Below are positions 29,001 to 36,473 of a stretch of DNA of 36,473 nt, in pieces. The stretch lies in the IMG/VR virus record IMGVR_UViG_2713896902_000005, positions 1 through 36,473 of that record, one strand, 5' to 3'. The position numbers were made by a program, and so were the translations under genes. A model generated the notes under the pieces. The model saw only the letters and a list, made by a program, of their open reading frames with translations, did no database searches and was not told where the DNA came from. Source of the DNA: a virus. Taxonomy: Duplodnaviria > Heunggongvirae > Uroviricota > Caudoviricetes. Within the stretch, counting starts at the first letter, position 1. Every line of letters begins with the position of its first letter.

Positions 29001-29516
29001 TTATCGGTCAGATTTAAACTGGGGTTCTGGCAAAACTGGTGGTGTTGAATCTTCAAATCGTAACCAGTGTTCCCAAATATCATGTGTTCGTAATTTCTGT
29101 AGACTAATTTGACGCGATGCAATTGCGGAATTAGTGGTTACTCCACCAGAAGCATCGCTCTCTACTGACGTTGAGGCTTTTTCTACTAATTCTGACCAAG
29201 CTTCACTTTCTGCGTCAAAAGCTTCTGTTAAGTCCCGCAGACGCTGTGGCTCATTTTTATGGTCTTCCTTCAAACGATTCAAAGCGGCAGTTGAATACTT
29301 ATTCCTGACCCATTCGATCTGAGTTAGCTGAATCCGCAGACAATTATCTATATCAATGGTTGTGTTCTGAGGCATGTCAGAACAAGAAATATAAAAGGTC
29401 ACAACTCCACCGTTCAAACTACTGCCCGGTTCGATTAAAACATTAGAGGAATTTGACGTAGTCGGCAATATTAATGCTAACGACAAAACCACATGTTTAA
29501 CAGAAATCGCACCCAT
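29001..29516 (-). CDS. Secreted/periplasmic protein, DUF1311 (LprI-like) candidate; lysogeny-expressed moron
   Basis: 171 aa with N-terminal signal-peptide-like segment (MGAISVKHVVLSLALILPTTS); convergent with cI; own terminator; moderately AT-rich. Confidence 0.45.
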   Translation of the reverse strand: MGAISVKHVVLSLALILPTTSNSSNVLIEPGSSLNGGVVTFYISCSDMPQNTTIDIDNCLRIQLTQIEWVRNKYSTAALNRLKEDHKNEPQRLRDLTEAFDAESEAWSELVEKASTSVESDASGGVTTNSAIASRQISLQKLRTHDIWEHWLRFEDSTPPVLPEPQFKSDR

Positions 29517-29803
29517 TTAAATTGCCCTCTTAAGAACAAGGTCATCCAGATTAACCGAAACCTGGTTATTGGGGAATAACCAAATCCACCTCGCCTGATG
29601 TGGCTAAAAGCAGGCACATAACAGCTAAGTATTTTCAACCAGAGAGAATCCTTAGCGTTGTGGTGAATGCGCAGGCTGATGCGCGAAAGACATTGCAGCT
29701 ATTGCGGAAAAGAGCTGTTCGGCGGGGCAATTAAATGCCTGTGAGAGTCTGAAATAACCGCAAGCCGGAGATCAGCACCGGTCACCACAACAGCCACTGC
29801 TTT

Positions 29804-29840
29804 GGCGGTACCAGTTTGTACACTTACTTCCGGCTGGTAC
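29804..29840 (+). terminator. Terminator-like hairpin in the early-left leader
   Basis: GCGGTACCAG...CTGGTACCGC (10-bp stem, 19-nt loop) followed by TCTTTTT. Confidence 0.4.
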
Positions 29841-29929
29841 CGCTCTTTTTACAAAACAGAGAAGAGCATCACCGGACGACGGGCTCATAACCCAATCCAT
29901 CCGGGCGGCTGCCACCGCAGGTGTTCTTC
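29841..29929. repeat. Perfect 15-bp inverted repeat with 59-bp spacer
   Basis: ACAAAACAGAGAAGA (29841-29855) and TCTTCTCTGTTTTGT (29915-29929). Confidence 0.7.
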
Positions 29930-29987
29930 TCTGTTTTGTGGAGAAACCAACCGGCCTTGCAGGGTCGATATGATGAGGAGCAGCAAA

Positions 29988-30350
29988 ATGGCTAGCGAAC
30001 GCAGTACCAACGTGCAGGAATTTATCGGGGAGCTGGACGGCGGCGTATTTGAAACCAAAATCGGCGCAGTTCTCAGTGAAGTCGCTTCCGGTGTGATGAA
30101 CACGAAAACCAAAGGTAAGGTCTCGCTCAACCTGGAAATCGAACCATTTGATGAGAACCGTGTGAAAATCAAACACAAACTCTCATATGTTCGCCCGACT
30201 AACCGCGGGAAAATTTCTGAAGAAGACACCACCGAAACGCCGATGTATGTCAATCGCGGTGGTCGCCTGACTATTCTGCAGGAAGACCAGGGACAATTAC
30301 TGACTCTTGCCGGTGAACCTGACGGAAAACTACGCGCAGCAGGTCATTAA
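29988..30350 (+). CDS. yfdP: YfdP-like early-left protein (internal ATG of the 29802 ORF)
   Basis: 120 aa from ATG 29988 with GAGGAG 7 nt upstream; length and order match the E. coli CPS-53 yfdP-Q-R-S cluster (recalled, not searched). Confidence 0.45.
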   Translation: MASERSTNVQEFIGELDGGVFETKIGAVLSEVASGVMNTKTKGKVSLNLEIEPFDENRVKIKHKLSYVRPTNRGKISEEDTTETPMYVNRGGRLTILQEDQGQLLTLAGEPDGKLRAAGH

Positions 30351-30415
30351 TATCGTTCTTAATTAACTGATTATTTATCTCATCACTGAATATCTTTATA
30401 TAGTGAGGACTTATT

Positions 30416-31240
30416 ATGTCTCAGAGCTTAGACGCAACCGCAATTAATCAAATCCATGCCCTTATTTCTGCTCAGGGTGTTAATGAAATTATCAGTAAGA
30501 TTGGTGCCGATGCTGTGGCATTGCCTGAGAATTTCCGCATTCATGATCTGGAAAAATTTAATTTAAATCGCTTCCGTTTCCGTGGTGCGCTTTCCACTGC
30601 CTGCATCGATGACTTTACCCGTTATTCTAAAGATCTTGCAGATGAAGGCACCCGCTGCTTTATCGATGCCGATAATATGCGTGCCGTCAGTGTGCTTAAC
30701 CTGGGTACTATTGATGAACCAGGTCACGCAGATAACACCGCCACTCTCAAACTGAAAAAGACAGCACCGTTCTCTGCACTGTTGTCTGTTAACGGCGAGC
30801 GTAACTCCCAGAAGTCTCTGGCAGAATGGATTGAAGACTGGGCCGACTACCTTGTGGGCTTTGATGCTAATGGTGATGCCATTCAGGCAACAAAAGCGGC
30901 TGCGGCGGTCCGTAAAATCACGATTGAAGCAAACCAGACTGCTGATTTTGAAGATAATGACTTCAGCGGCAAACGCTCCCTGATGGAGTCTGTCGAAGCG
31001 AAGACCAAAGACATTATGCCAGTGGCATTTGAGTTTAAATGCGTTCCGTTTGAAGGTCTGAAAGAACGTCCGTTTAAATTACGCCTCAGCATTATCACTG
31101 GCGATCGTCCGGTACTGGTTCTGCGCATTATTCAGCTGGAAGCGGTGCAGGAAGATATGGCTAACGAATTTCGTGATCTGCTTGTTGAGAAATTCAAGGA
31201 CAGCAAAGTAGAAACCTTTATTGGGACTTTCACCGCCTGA
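30416..31240 (+). CDS. yfdQ: YfdQ-like protein (DUF2303)
   Basis: 274 aa; good RBS; length and synteny match CPS-53 yfdQ. Confidence 0.5.
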   Translation: MSQSLDATAINQIHALISAQGVNEIISKIGADAVALPENFRIHDLEKFNLNRFRFRGALSTACIDDFTRYSKDLADEGTRCFIDADNMRAVSVLNLGTIDEPGHADNTATLKLKKTAPFSALLSVNGERNSQKSLAEWIEDWADYLVGFDANGDAIQATKAAAAVRKITIEANQTADFEDNDFSGKRSLMESVEAKTKDIMPVAFEFKCVPFEGLKERPFKLRLSIITGDRPVLVLRIIQLEAVQEDMANEFRDLLVEKFKDSKVETFIGTFTA

Positions 31241-31368
31241 TTTCATTACTGCAAATGCCCCTGCGGGGGCATTTATGGAAACGTAATTGACTCAATAATC
31301 GCCTGAAGGCGAGGGTTTTCTTTAACCAAAATTCAGCGCGGTGCAGCGCATATAACGTGGAGAACAAA

Positions 31369-31905
31369 ATGTCATTTATTAAAACTTTTTCCGGGAAGCA
31401 TTTTTACTATGACAGGATAAATAAAGACAACATCGATATTAACGATATCGCGGTTTCCCTTTCAAATATCTGTCGCTTTGCCGGCCATCTTTCACACTTC
31501 TACAGCGTCGCCCAACATGCGGTGCTTTGCAGCCAGCTGGTACCGCAGGAATTTGCTTTTGAAGCGTTAATGCATGATGCAACAGAAGCGTATTGCCAGG
31601 ACATCCCGGCTCCACTGAAACGCCTTCTTCCTGACTATAAACGGATGGAAGAAAAAATAGACGCCGTAATCCGTGAGAAATACGGGTTACCCCCGGTTAT
31701 GAGTACACCCGTGAAATATGCCGATCTCATCATGCTGGCAACCGAACGCCGCGATCTCGGGCTTGATGATGGCTCTTTCTGGCCTGTGCTGAAAGGTATC
31801 CCGGCAACAGAGATGTTCAACGTGATTCCACTGGCTCCAGGCCATGCCTACGGGATGTTTATGGAACGCTTTAACGAATTATCGGAGTTACGCAAATGCG
31901 CATAA
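31369..31905 (+). CDS. yfdR: HD-domain phosphohydrolase, YfdR-like 5'-deoxynucleotidase
   Basis: 178 aa from ATG 31369 (GGAG upstream; the track start at 31357 is GTG); HD motif in ALMHDATEAY with upstream His. Confidence 0.65.
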   Translation: MSFIKTFSGKHFYYDRINKDNIDINDIAVSLSNICRFAGHLSHFYSVAQHAVLCSQLVPQEFAFEALMHDATEAYCQDIPAPLKRLLPDYKRMEEKIDAVIREKYGLPPVMSTPVKYADLIMLATERRDLGLDDGSFWPVLKGIPATEMFNVIPLAPGHAYGMFMERFNELSELRKCA

Positions 31906-32258
31906 ATGTTTTCGAAATGGAAGGGTTTCTTCGCGGGAAATGTGTACCGCGAGATCTGAAAGTGAACGAAACAAATGCTGAGTACCTGGTACGTAAATTC
32001 GACGCGCTTGAAGCTAAATGTGCGGCACTGGAAAGCAAAATAATACCAGTGTCAGCTGAACTGCCACCAGCAAATGAAAGTGTTCTGTTATTTGATGCTA
32101 ACGGAGAAGGCTGGCTGATTGGCTGGCGTTCTCTCTGGTACACCTGGGGACAAAAAGAAACCGGAGAATGGCAGTGGACATTTCAGGTCGGGGACCTTGA
32201 AAACGTCAATATCACTCACTGGGCAGTAATGCCGAAAGCACCAGAGACTAAGAAATGA
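31896..32258 (+). CDS. yfdS: DUF551-like protein (YfdS-like)
   Basis: 120 aa; Trp-rich C-terminus (WLIGWRSLWYTWGQKETGEWQW...WAVMP); overlaps the preceding stop. Confidence 0.5.
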   Translation: MRINVFEMEGFLRGKCVPRDLKVNETNAEYLVRKFDALEAKCAALESKIIPVSAELPPANESVLLFDANGEGWLIGWRSLWYTWGQKETGEWQWTFQVGDLENVNITHWAVMPKAPETKK

Positions 32259-32470
32259 GCGTGATAAAAACTCATACAGGAATTGTTATCACCCGAGACG
32301 GTGAAAAGCGAATGAAATTACATTCCACTGAAACGTCCTGGGTTGCCGGACGTTGTGAATCCTACGACAAAAAGACTGGTTACCGTTGGGGGGCACCTAA
32401 CATGCGTCGCCGTCTGCTACTGGACAGCATCAGGCCAATAAAACAGGTAGCAACCAGGGAACAAAATTAA
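32255..32470 (+). CDS. Hypothetical small protein
   Basis: 71 aa ORF overlapping the upstream stop. Confidence 0.4.
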   Translation: MSVIKTHTGIVITRDGEKRMKLHSTETSWVAGRCESYDKKTGYRWGAPNMRRRLLLDSIRPIKQVATREQN

Positions 32471-32517
32471 TTATCAGGACTGGAATTTGATATTACTGCC
32501 CGTGTGCAGCGGGCTAA

Positions 32518-32736
32518 GTGGAGAAACATATGCTGAACCTCGATTGTGTTCCAATCTCAACTTATTGCAAAGAAACTGGCGAAACTCCTGAAGCAATAAA
32601 CAAACGTGTACAGCGCGGTGTTTGGCGTGAAGGTGTTCAGGTTTTAAAGGTTGAAGGCGTTAAGGAGAGGTGGATTGATCTTAGTGAGGTTGCAAAATGG
32701 GCCAGACAAAACTGCTCAAACTACCGCGCGGCGTAA
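32518..32736 (+). CDS. Excisionase-like DNA-binding protein
   Basis: 72 aa ORF immediately upstream of and overlapping int; basic winged-helix-like sequence. Confidence 0.5.
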   Translation: MEKHMLNLDCVPISTYCKETGETPEAINKRVQRGVWREGVQVLKVEGVKERWIDLSEVAKWARQNCSNYRAA

Positions 32737-33869
32737 CAATCAGGAAACACCGCCAGGGCGAAACGATCAATATAACTTTCACCTACAAAGGAGTTAAATG
32801 TCGTGAGCCTCTTTCCAATCTGGAAGTAACACCAAAGAACATAAAATACGCCGAGCGCACACTCGGCGAAATTCATAATAAGATCGAAAGGGGAACATTC
32901 ATTTATGCGGAATATTTTCCCCGTTCTGCTCGTTTGAAAATTTTTGGTAATGCTGCTGCAGGCAAAACGGTAAAAATGTACCTGGACGAATACCTTGAAA
33001 TCTGCGAAACGAGAAAACTTTCACCCTCTACGATTGGTGGTTATAAAAAATGCCGTAGTGCGTTAGCCTCACTCCACATTTGCCCTGCAAGTGAATTAAC
33101 ACCAGCAATCCTGAAAGCGTGGATTCAAAGCCAGAAAACGACCTTAAAAACAATTCGCAACCAGTTATCTTTCCTGCGGTCAGCACTTGATGAAGCCGTA
33201 ACCGATGGGGTACTTCAAATTAACCCCGTATCGTTGGTAACTGCTTCGCGCTACCAAAGTGATAAGTCAGAAGCAGAAAGCAGCTACGTGGTTGATCCGC
33301 TATCACCAGCAGAAGTTGATGCATTACTAGCAGCAGCCGGAAACAAACAATGGGAAAATCTGTTCCGGTTCGCTATACATACAGGCCTGCGTAGTTCTGA
33401 ATTATGTGCCCTTCGATGGCGTGATATCGACTTTGTTGGAAAAACTGCCCATGTCCAGAGCGCAAGTGTTGTCGGTGTTATCAAAGGGACAAAGACAAAA
33501 GCCGGTACCCGTAAAGTTGAACTGACTGAAGAAGCAATGTTGGCGCTGATAAATCAGAAGCCATTTACATTCATGAAGGATGCTACTGTCTTTGAAGATC
33601 CAAAGACCAATAAGCCCTGGGCAAGTGCTGATGCAATCAGGAAAAAAGCATGGGTGCCAACATTGCGAAAAGCAGGTATTCGTTACAGAAATCCATATCA
33701 AACTAGGCATACATTCGCCACCCGCCATATCAGCCGGGGAGCAAACCTGTTTTGGCTTGCAGCTCAAATGGGGCATAAAGGGCCGGAAATGTTATTTCGT
33801 CATTATGGTTCATATTTAAAGGAATATGACGGTAATACGACCAGCAATATCACAAAAAAAGCCACTTAA
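32697..33869 (+). CDS. int: Tyrosine integrase
   Basis: 390 aa; catalytic-domain motifs RHTFAT, HKGPEMLFRHYGSY; N-terminal arm-binding region. Confidence 0.85.
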   Translation: MGQTKLLKLPRGVTIRKHRQGETINITFTYKGVKCREPLSNLEVTPKNIKYAERTLGEIHNKIERGTFIYAEYFPRSARLKIFGNAAAGKTVKMYLDEYLEICETRKLSPSTIGGYKKCRSALASLHICPASELTPAILKAWIQSQKTTLKTIRNQLSFLRSALDEAVTDGVLQINPVSLVTASRYQSDKSEAESSYVVDPLSPAEVDALLAAAGNKQWENLFRFAIHTGLRSSELCALRWRDIDFVGKTAHVQSASVVGVIKGTKTKAGTRKVELTEEAMLALINQKPFTFMKDATVFEDPKTNKPWASADAIRKKAWVPTLRKAGIRYRNPYQTRHTFATRHISRGANLFWLAAQMGHKGPEMLFRHYGSYLKEYDGNTTSNITKKAT

Positions 33870-33882
33870 GTGGCTTTATCAA

Positions 33883-34266
33883 TTAGGAGGCTCTCGATTT
33901 AAGCATTTCCGTACACTTAGCAAAGAGCCTCTCAGTTGTTAGAATCGCAACTTCAGACTGTTTAGAAGTGACCGATTGATCAAGTCGATAGTCTGCAACA
34001 ATCCTCTGAGCTTTAAGTTGACTCAGGATAAAACTAATCCCTTTTAGATATCTAGCTTCATATACTTCACTTCCTCTTGAAGCATCGCCCTGCAAATAAT
34101 TGATTAGCCCCTGATGACTGTCTTTCGGCCCGTTTACCATACAAGGCAAGACATGATGGTAAGCGCCATAGTAGGATCTTGCTATAGCATTTCGATAGCC
34201 GATTTCGTCATTACGTTGATGACAGTCTTTTGCAAAACCGAGAAAATCTTGACTATTAACCGGCAT
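33883..34266 (-). CDS. Hypothetical protein, distal gene of int-proximal cassette
   Basis: About 127 aa from ATG 34266 (GGAGG 6 nt upstream; the track start at 34272 is TTG); overlaps the upstream gene stop by 11 nt; AT-rich. Confidence 0.5.
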   Translation of the reverse strand: MPVNSQDFLGFAKDCHQRNDEIGYRNAIARSYYGAYHHVLPCMVNGPKDSHQGLINYLQGDASRGSEVYEARYLKGISFILSQLKAQRIVADYRLDQSVTSKQSEVAILTTERLFAKCTEMLKSRAS

Positions 34267-35071
34267 GTGCAACCCTCCGGGTAATCAGACCTAATTCGGA
34301 GATAGCATTCTGCTCAATATGTGTGTCTTTACATTCAAACCAAACAGCAAAATCTTTACCGACTAAACAATCGTGCTCAGCCATTGAAAAAGCAAGCTCA
34401 ATATTCATATCAGCGATTTGTTCAGCATCAGAAGACTTTGTCATGAATACAATCGCATTCACTTTCTCTTCCGAAATATTATAAAAACGCATTCCCGAAA
34501 GATGAACCTTCTGAGAATCCATGACATTGGCTACATTATTGAAAATAAGTTCATATTCTAAACCAGAAAGATCGGCACGTTGCTTAAAGGATTCGACCTG
34601 GGAAACAACTTCATCAAGATGGTTGTCCATTTTTTCAGGCTCCTTATCTCCGAACAATTTGGAGTATGACTGGAAATACTTCTCCGCCAACGCCATCTTC
34701 CCCATAAAGAGGGAGTTTTCATAAGCTTGAAGATAAATAAACGGGGATATGAAGCTTTCAGCAAGCTTAATGCTTGTTTCAAAGCTTTTCTTCAACGTAC
34801 CGTAATCTGACAAGAAAACAAGAAAATTCTTTGCAACAACCTCATTATGGCATACCTGCAAGGAACGCTCAAAGAAGCCTATCGCCTCATTCACTTGACC
34901 ATGTGCACCATAGACCAACGCTAAAAGATAGTCCTCAGAGACAGGATCTCTAAGTGCTTCAATCTCACGTAACATCCTTCTAAAGCTAAAGTCATCAATC
35001 CTCACTCCATCTTTGAGGTATTTAGTTAGCCGCGCGCTAATAACTGATGCTTTTTTTGCTGGCTGCAACAT
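34256..35071 (-). CDS. Hypothetical protein, proximal gene of int-proximal cassette (helical, possibly repeat-containing)
   Basis: 271 aa ORF with ATG start; AT-rich; no family recognised. Confidence 0.5.
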   Translation of the reverse strand: MLQPAKKASVISARLTKYLKDGVRIDDFSFRRMLREIEALRDPVSEDYLLALVYGAHGQVNEAIGFFERSLQVCHNEVVAKNFLVFLSDYGTLKKSFETSIKLAESFISPFIYLQAYENSLFMGKMALAEKYFQSYSKLFGDKEPEKMDNHLDEVVSQVESFKQRADLSGLEYELIFNNVANVMDSQKVHLSGMRFYNISEEKVNAIVFMTKSSDAEQIADMNIELAFSMAEHDCLVGKDFAVWFECKDTHIEQNAISELGLITRRVAHAG

Positions 35072-35503
35072 TAAAAACCTTATCTTACAAATAGTTGGTA
35101 ATGATGTTGAATTATTTTTTGTTCTTTATGGCTAATAAGATTACATGAAGGGACAACTTCTGGCCACCTTAGAAAACACTCACTTTAGTAACAAGAGTCA
35201 ATAATATTGTTGACAAATCACAAAAAAACAAACTTATCCAAAATAATCTGGTTTATTACAAAGCCTCTGTGTATAAATCTGTGCATAACATCATTTTTAC
35301 ACACATTTTTTATAAAAATATTTTTTAGCAAAAAATGCTATCTATCTCCGAAACTGCAACCACAAACCATTAATTCCAAATGAAACTATTTTAAAATAAA
35401 TAGTAAGACAGTAACAGGACAGAAAAAGTTCCGCAAAAGAGCCGCGTGTAAAATCAACAATATTTGGCTATTTAAATTCAATGAATTACATAACTATGGA
35501 CAC

Positions 35504-35528
35504 GGGTTCAACTCCCGCCAGCCCACCA
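35504..35528 (+). other. tRNA 3'-end-like fragment (putative att core at the prophage-chromosome junction)
   Basis: GGGTTCAACTCCCGCCAGCCCACCA has a T-arm-like GGG-TTCAACT-CCC and ends in ACCA; upstream is AT-rich non-tRNA sequence; a terminator follows. Confidence 0.3.
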
Positions 35529-35562
35529 AACATTGATACACTAACGTTCAGTGAAGTTCACT

Positions 35563-35596
35563 AAGCCCGTACAGCACAAGCTCTGCGGGCTTTTTT
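35563..35596 (+). terminator. Rho-independent terminator
   Basis: AAGCCCG...CGGGCTT stem followed by a 6-T run. Confidence 0.5.
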
Positions 35597-35692
35597 ACGT
35601 CTATTGTCATCCAGTGAGAATTGCTGAGAACCACGACTTATGGCACCCTTTTGGGGCCCCAACGGAAAGGGTCCAAAACTTGAGGGAACCAA

Positions 35693-35795
35693 ATGGCAAA
35701 ACTCGCAAAAAAAACTTACTGATACTGAAATCAAAAATACCAAACCCGGAGATAAGGAAATCAACCTCTTTGACGGAGATGGATTGCGACTATAG
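35693..35795 (+). pseudogene. N-terminal remnant of a P4-type integrase (frameshifted, truncated)
   Basis: ATG GCA AAA CT then a poly-A slip, then LTDTEIKNTKPGDKEINLFDGDGLRL and a stop; matches the conserved arm-binding N-terminus of P4-family integrases. Confidence 0.5.
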
Positions 35796-36325
35796 TCATC
35801 TCACTGAGGTTGTACTTGCTCGCAGCTTCAAAAAATTCTTCTCCCTTTTGCCCTTACATGAGATCACAGATATATCCTGTAATCTTTCCTGACGATATCC
35901 CCTCATAGAGAAGCCCGTTTCTTTTCCCGTACTGCCATATATATTCAATCGGATATGTGTCACGCTGTAATGCTATTATTTCTATATTGTTGCCACTCCC
36001 TGCGGAACCTTACTGCAGAAATTAAACGCATAATGATTATTATTACCACCATCCCCTTGCTCCATAAACTCCCCAAAGATGATTGTTTTGGCTATTTGAT
36101 GGTGTTGGCAAATGATAATTGACAATGTTATAGATGATATCTCCAGCACTCTGATAATTTATGGATTATTCATCTCCTGTTCATGCAAAATTTTAATTTT
36201 TTTTAGCTAATTAAAAATCGCCCATAAATTCTTATGAATCCCAGTAGTGGTAAGTGATGTAACACATCCATTCAAACTTGTGATACATCTCAAAAAATTG
36301 GTTGGCCAAAATCGCTATTTATATA

Positions 36326-36354
36326 AGAGGCGCTCATGAGGCGTGCTCTTTTTT
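36326..36354 (+). terminator. Possible terminator/attenuator hairpin
   Basis: AGAGGCGC-TCATGAG-GCGTGCTCT followed by a 6-T run. Confidence 0.3.
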
Positions 36355-36371
36355 AAAGCGAGGAAATACCA

Positions 36372-36473
36372 ATGAAAGAGAATAAAATACAGAAAATCAG
36401 TAACAAACTGATTAATATCGTTGTTTTCGTTGCAGTTGTTGAATACGCCTATTTATTTCTCCATTTCCATTAA
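36372..36473 (+). CDS. Small hydrophobic peptide ORF (33 aa), uncertain
   Basis: ATG at 36372 with AGGAAA upstream; MKENKIQKISNKLINIVVFVAVVEYAYLFLHFH; stop coincides with the window end. Confidence 0.2.
   Translation: MKENKIQKISNKLINIVVFVAVVEYAYLFLHFH

Larger units (their letters stand above)
1..35530 (-). mobile_element. Lambdoid prophage (partial; continues beyond left window edge) with HK97-type head and Mu-like contractile tail
   Basis: Canonical order int-xis-early genes-cI/cro-replication-Q-lysis-terminase-head-tail; integrase next to a tRNA-3'-end-like fragment at 35504-35528; structural genes still running at coordinate 1. Confidence 0.8.

Noticed and set aside
28808-29122. 104-aa minus-strand ORF downstream of the DUF1311-like gene
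   Set aside because: It spans the minus-strand terminator at 28952-28976 and the cI terminator region; unlikely to be translated.
29802-29987. N-terminal extension of the first early-left gene
   Set aside because: The extension covers the terminator hairpin and inverted repeat and is Cys/Arg-rich; the ATG at 29988 with a strong RBS is the likely start.
28838-29987. Lambda N-like antiterminator gene downstream of the putative PL
   Set aside because: No suitably placed plus-strand ORF with a basic arginine-rich N-terminus was found; the only plus ORF (29134-29322) is antisense to the DUF1311-like gene.
35460-35530. Complete tRNA gene at the right junction
   Set aside because: Only a T-arm/acceptor-like 3' fragment is present; the upstream sequence is AT-rich with no D-arm or anticodon arm, and even the fragment has a non-canonical 4-bp T-stem.
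35551-35892. 113-aa plus-strand ORF across the right junction
   Set aside because: It starts inside the terminator hairpin and reads through the integrase remnant in the wrong frame; an artefact of the AT-rich sequence.

Overview
Almost the whole window is one integrated lambdoid-type prophage (at least 35.5 kb; it runs off the left edge), most likely in an enterobacterial host, since the endolysin closely matches lambda R as recalled from memory. Everything here is read by eye from the sequence and ORF track; no database search was run. Minus strand, right to left: divergent cI/cro immunity switch (28.0-28.8 kb), CII-like gene, O-like replication initiator with internal iterons, Dam methylase, LexA-N-domain protein, RusA, KilA-N, DUF968, Q-like antiterminator, candidate tR' terminator, an AT-rich P-loop NTPase moron, holin/endolysin/Rz-Rz1, an AT-rich island of two small genes, HNH-terS-terL packaging module, HK97-type head genes, and a Mu-like contractile tail/baseplate module ending in a tail-fibre gene cut by the window edge. 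Plus strand from ~29.9 kb: early-left operon (yfdP/Q/R/S-like genes including an HD-domain nucleotidase, excisionase-like gene, tyrosine integrase). Beyond int lie an AT-rich two-gene overlapping cassette of unknown function, a tRNA-3'-end-like putative att core with terminator, and a frameshifted N-terminal remnant of a P4-type integrase. The best candidates for an undescribed defence or exclusion function are the isolated NTPase at the Q-S moron site (20145-21536) and the int-proximal two-gene cassette (33883-35071); secondary candidates are the secreted DUF1311-like gene next to cI and the small-gene island between Rz and HNH. No CRISPR array, rRNA or complete tRNA gene was seen.
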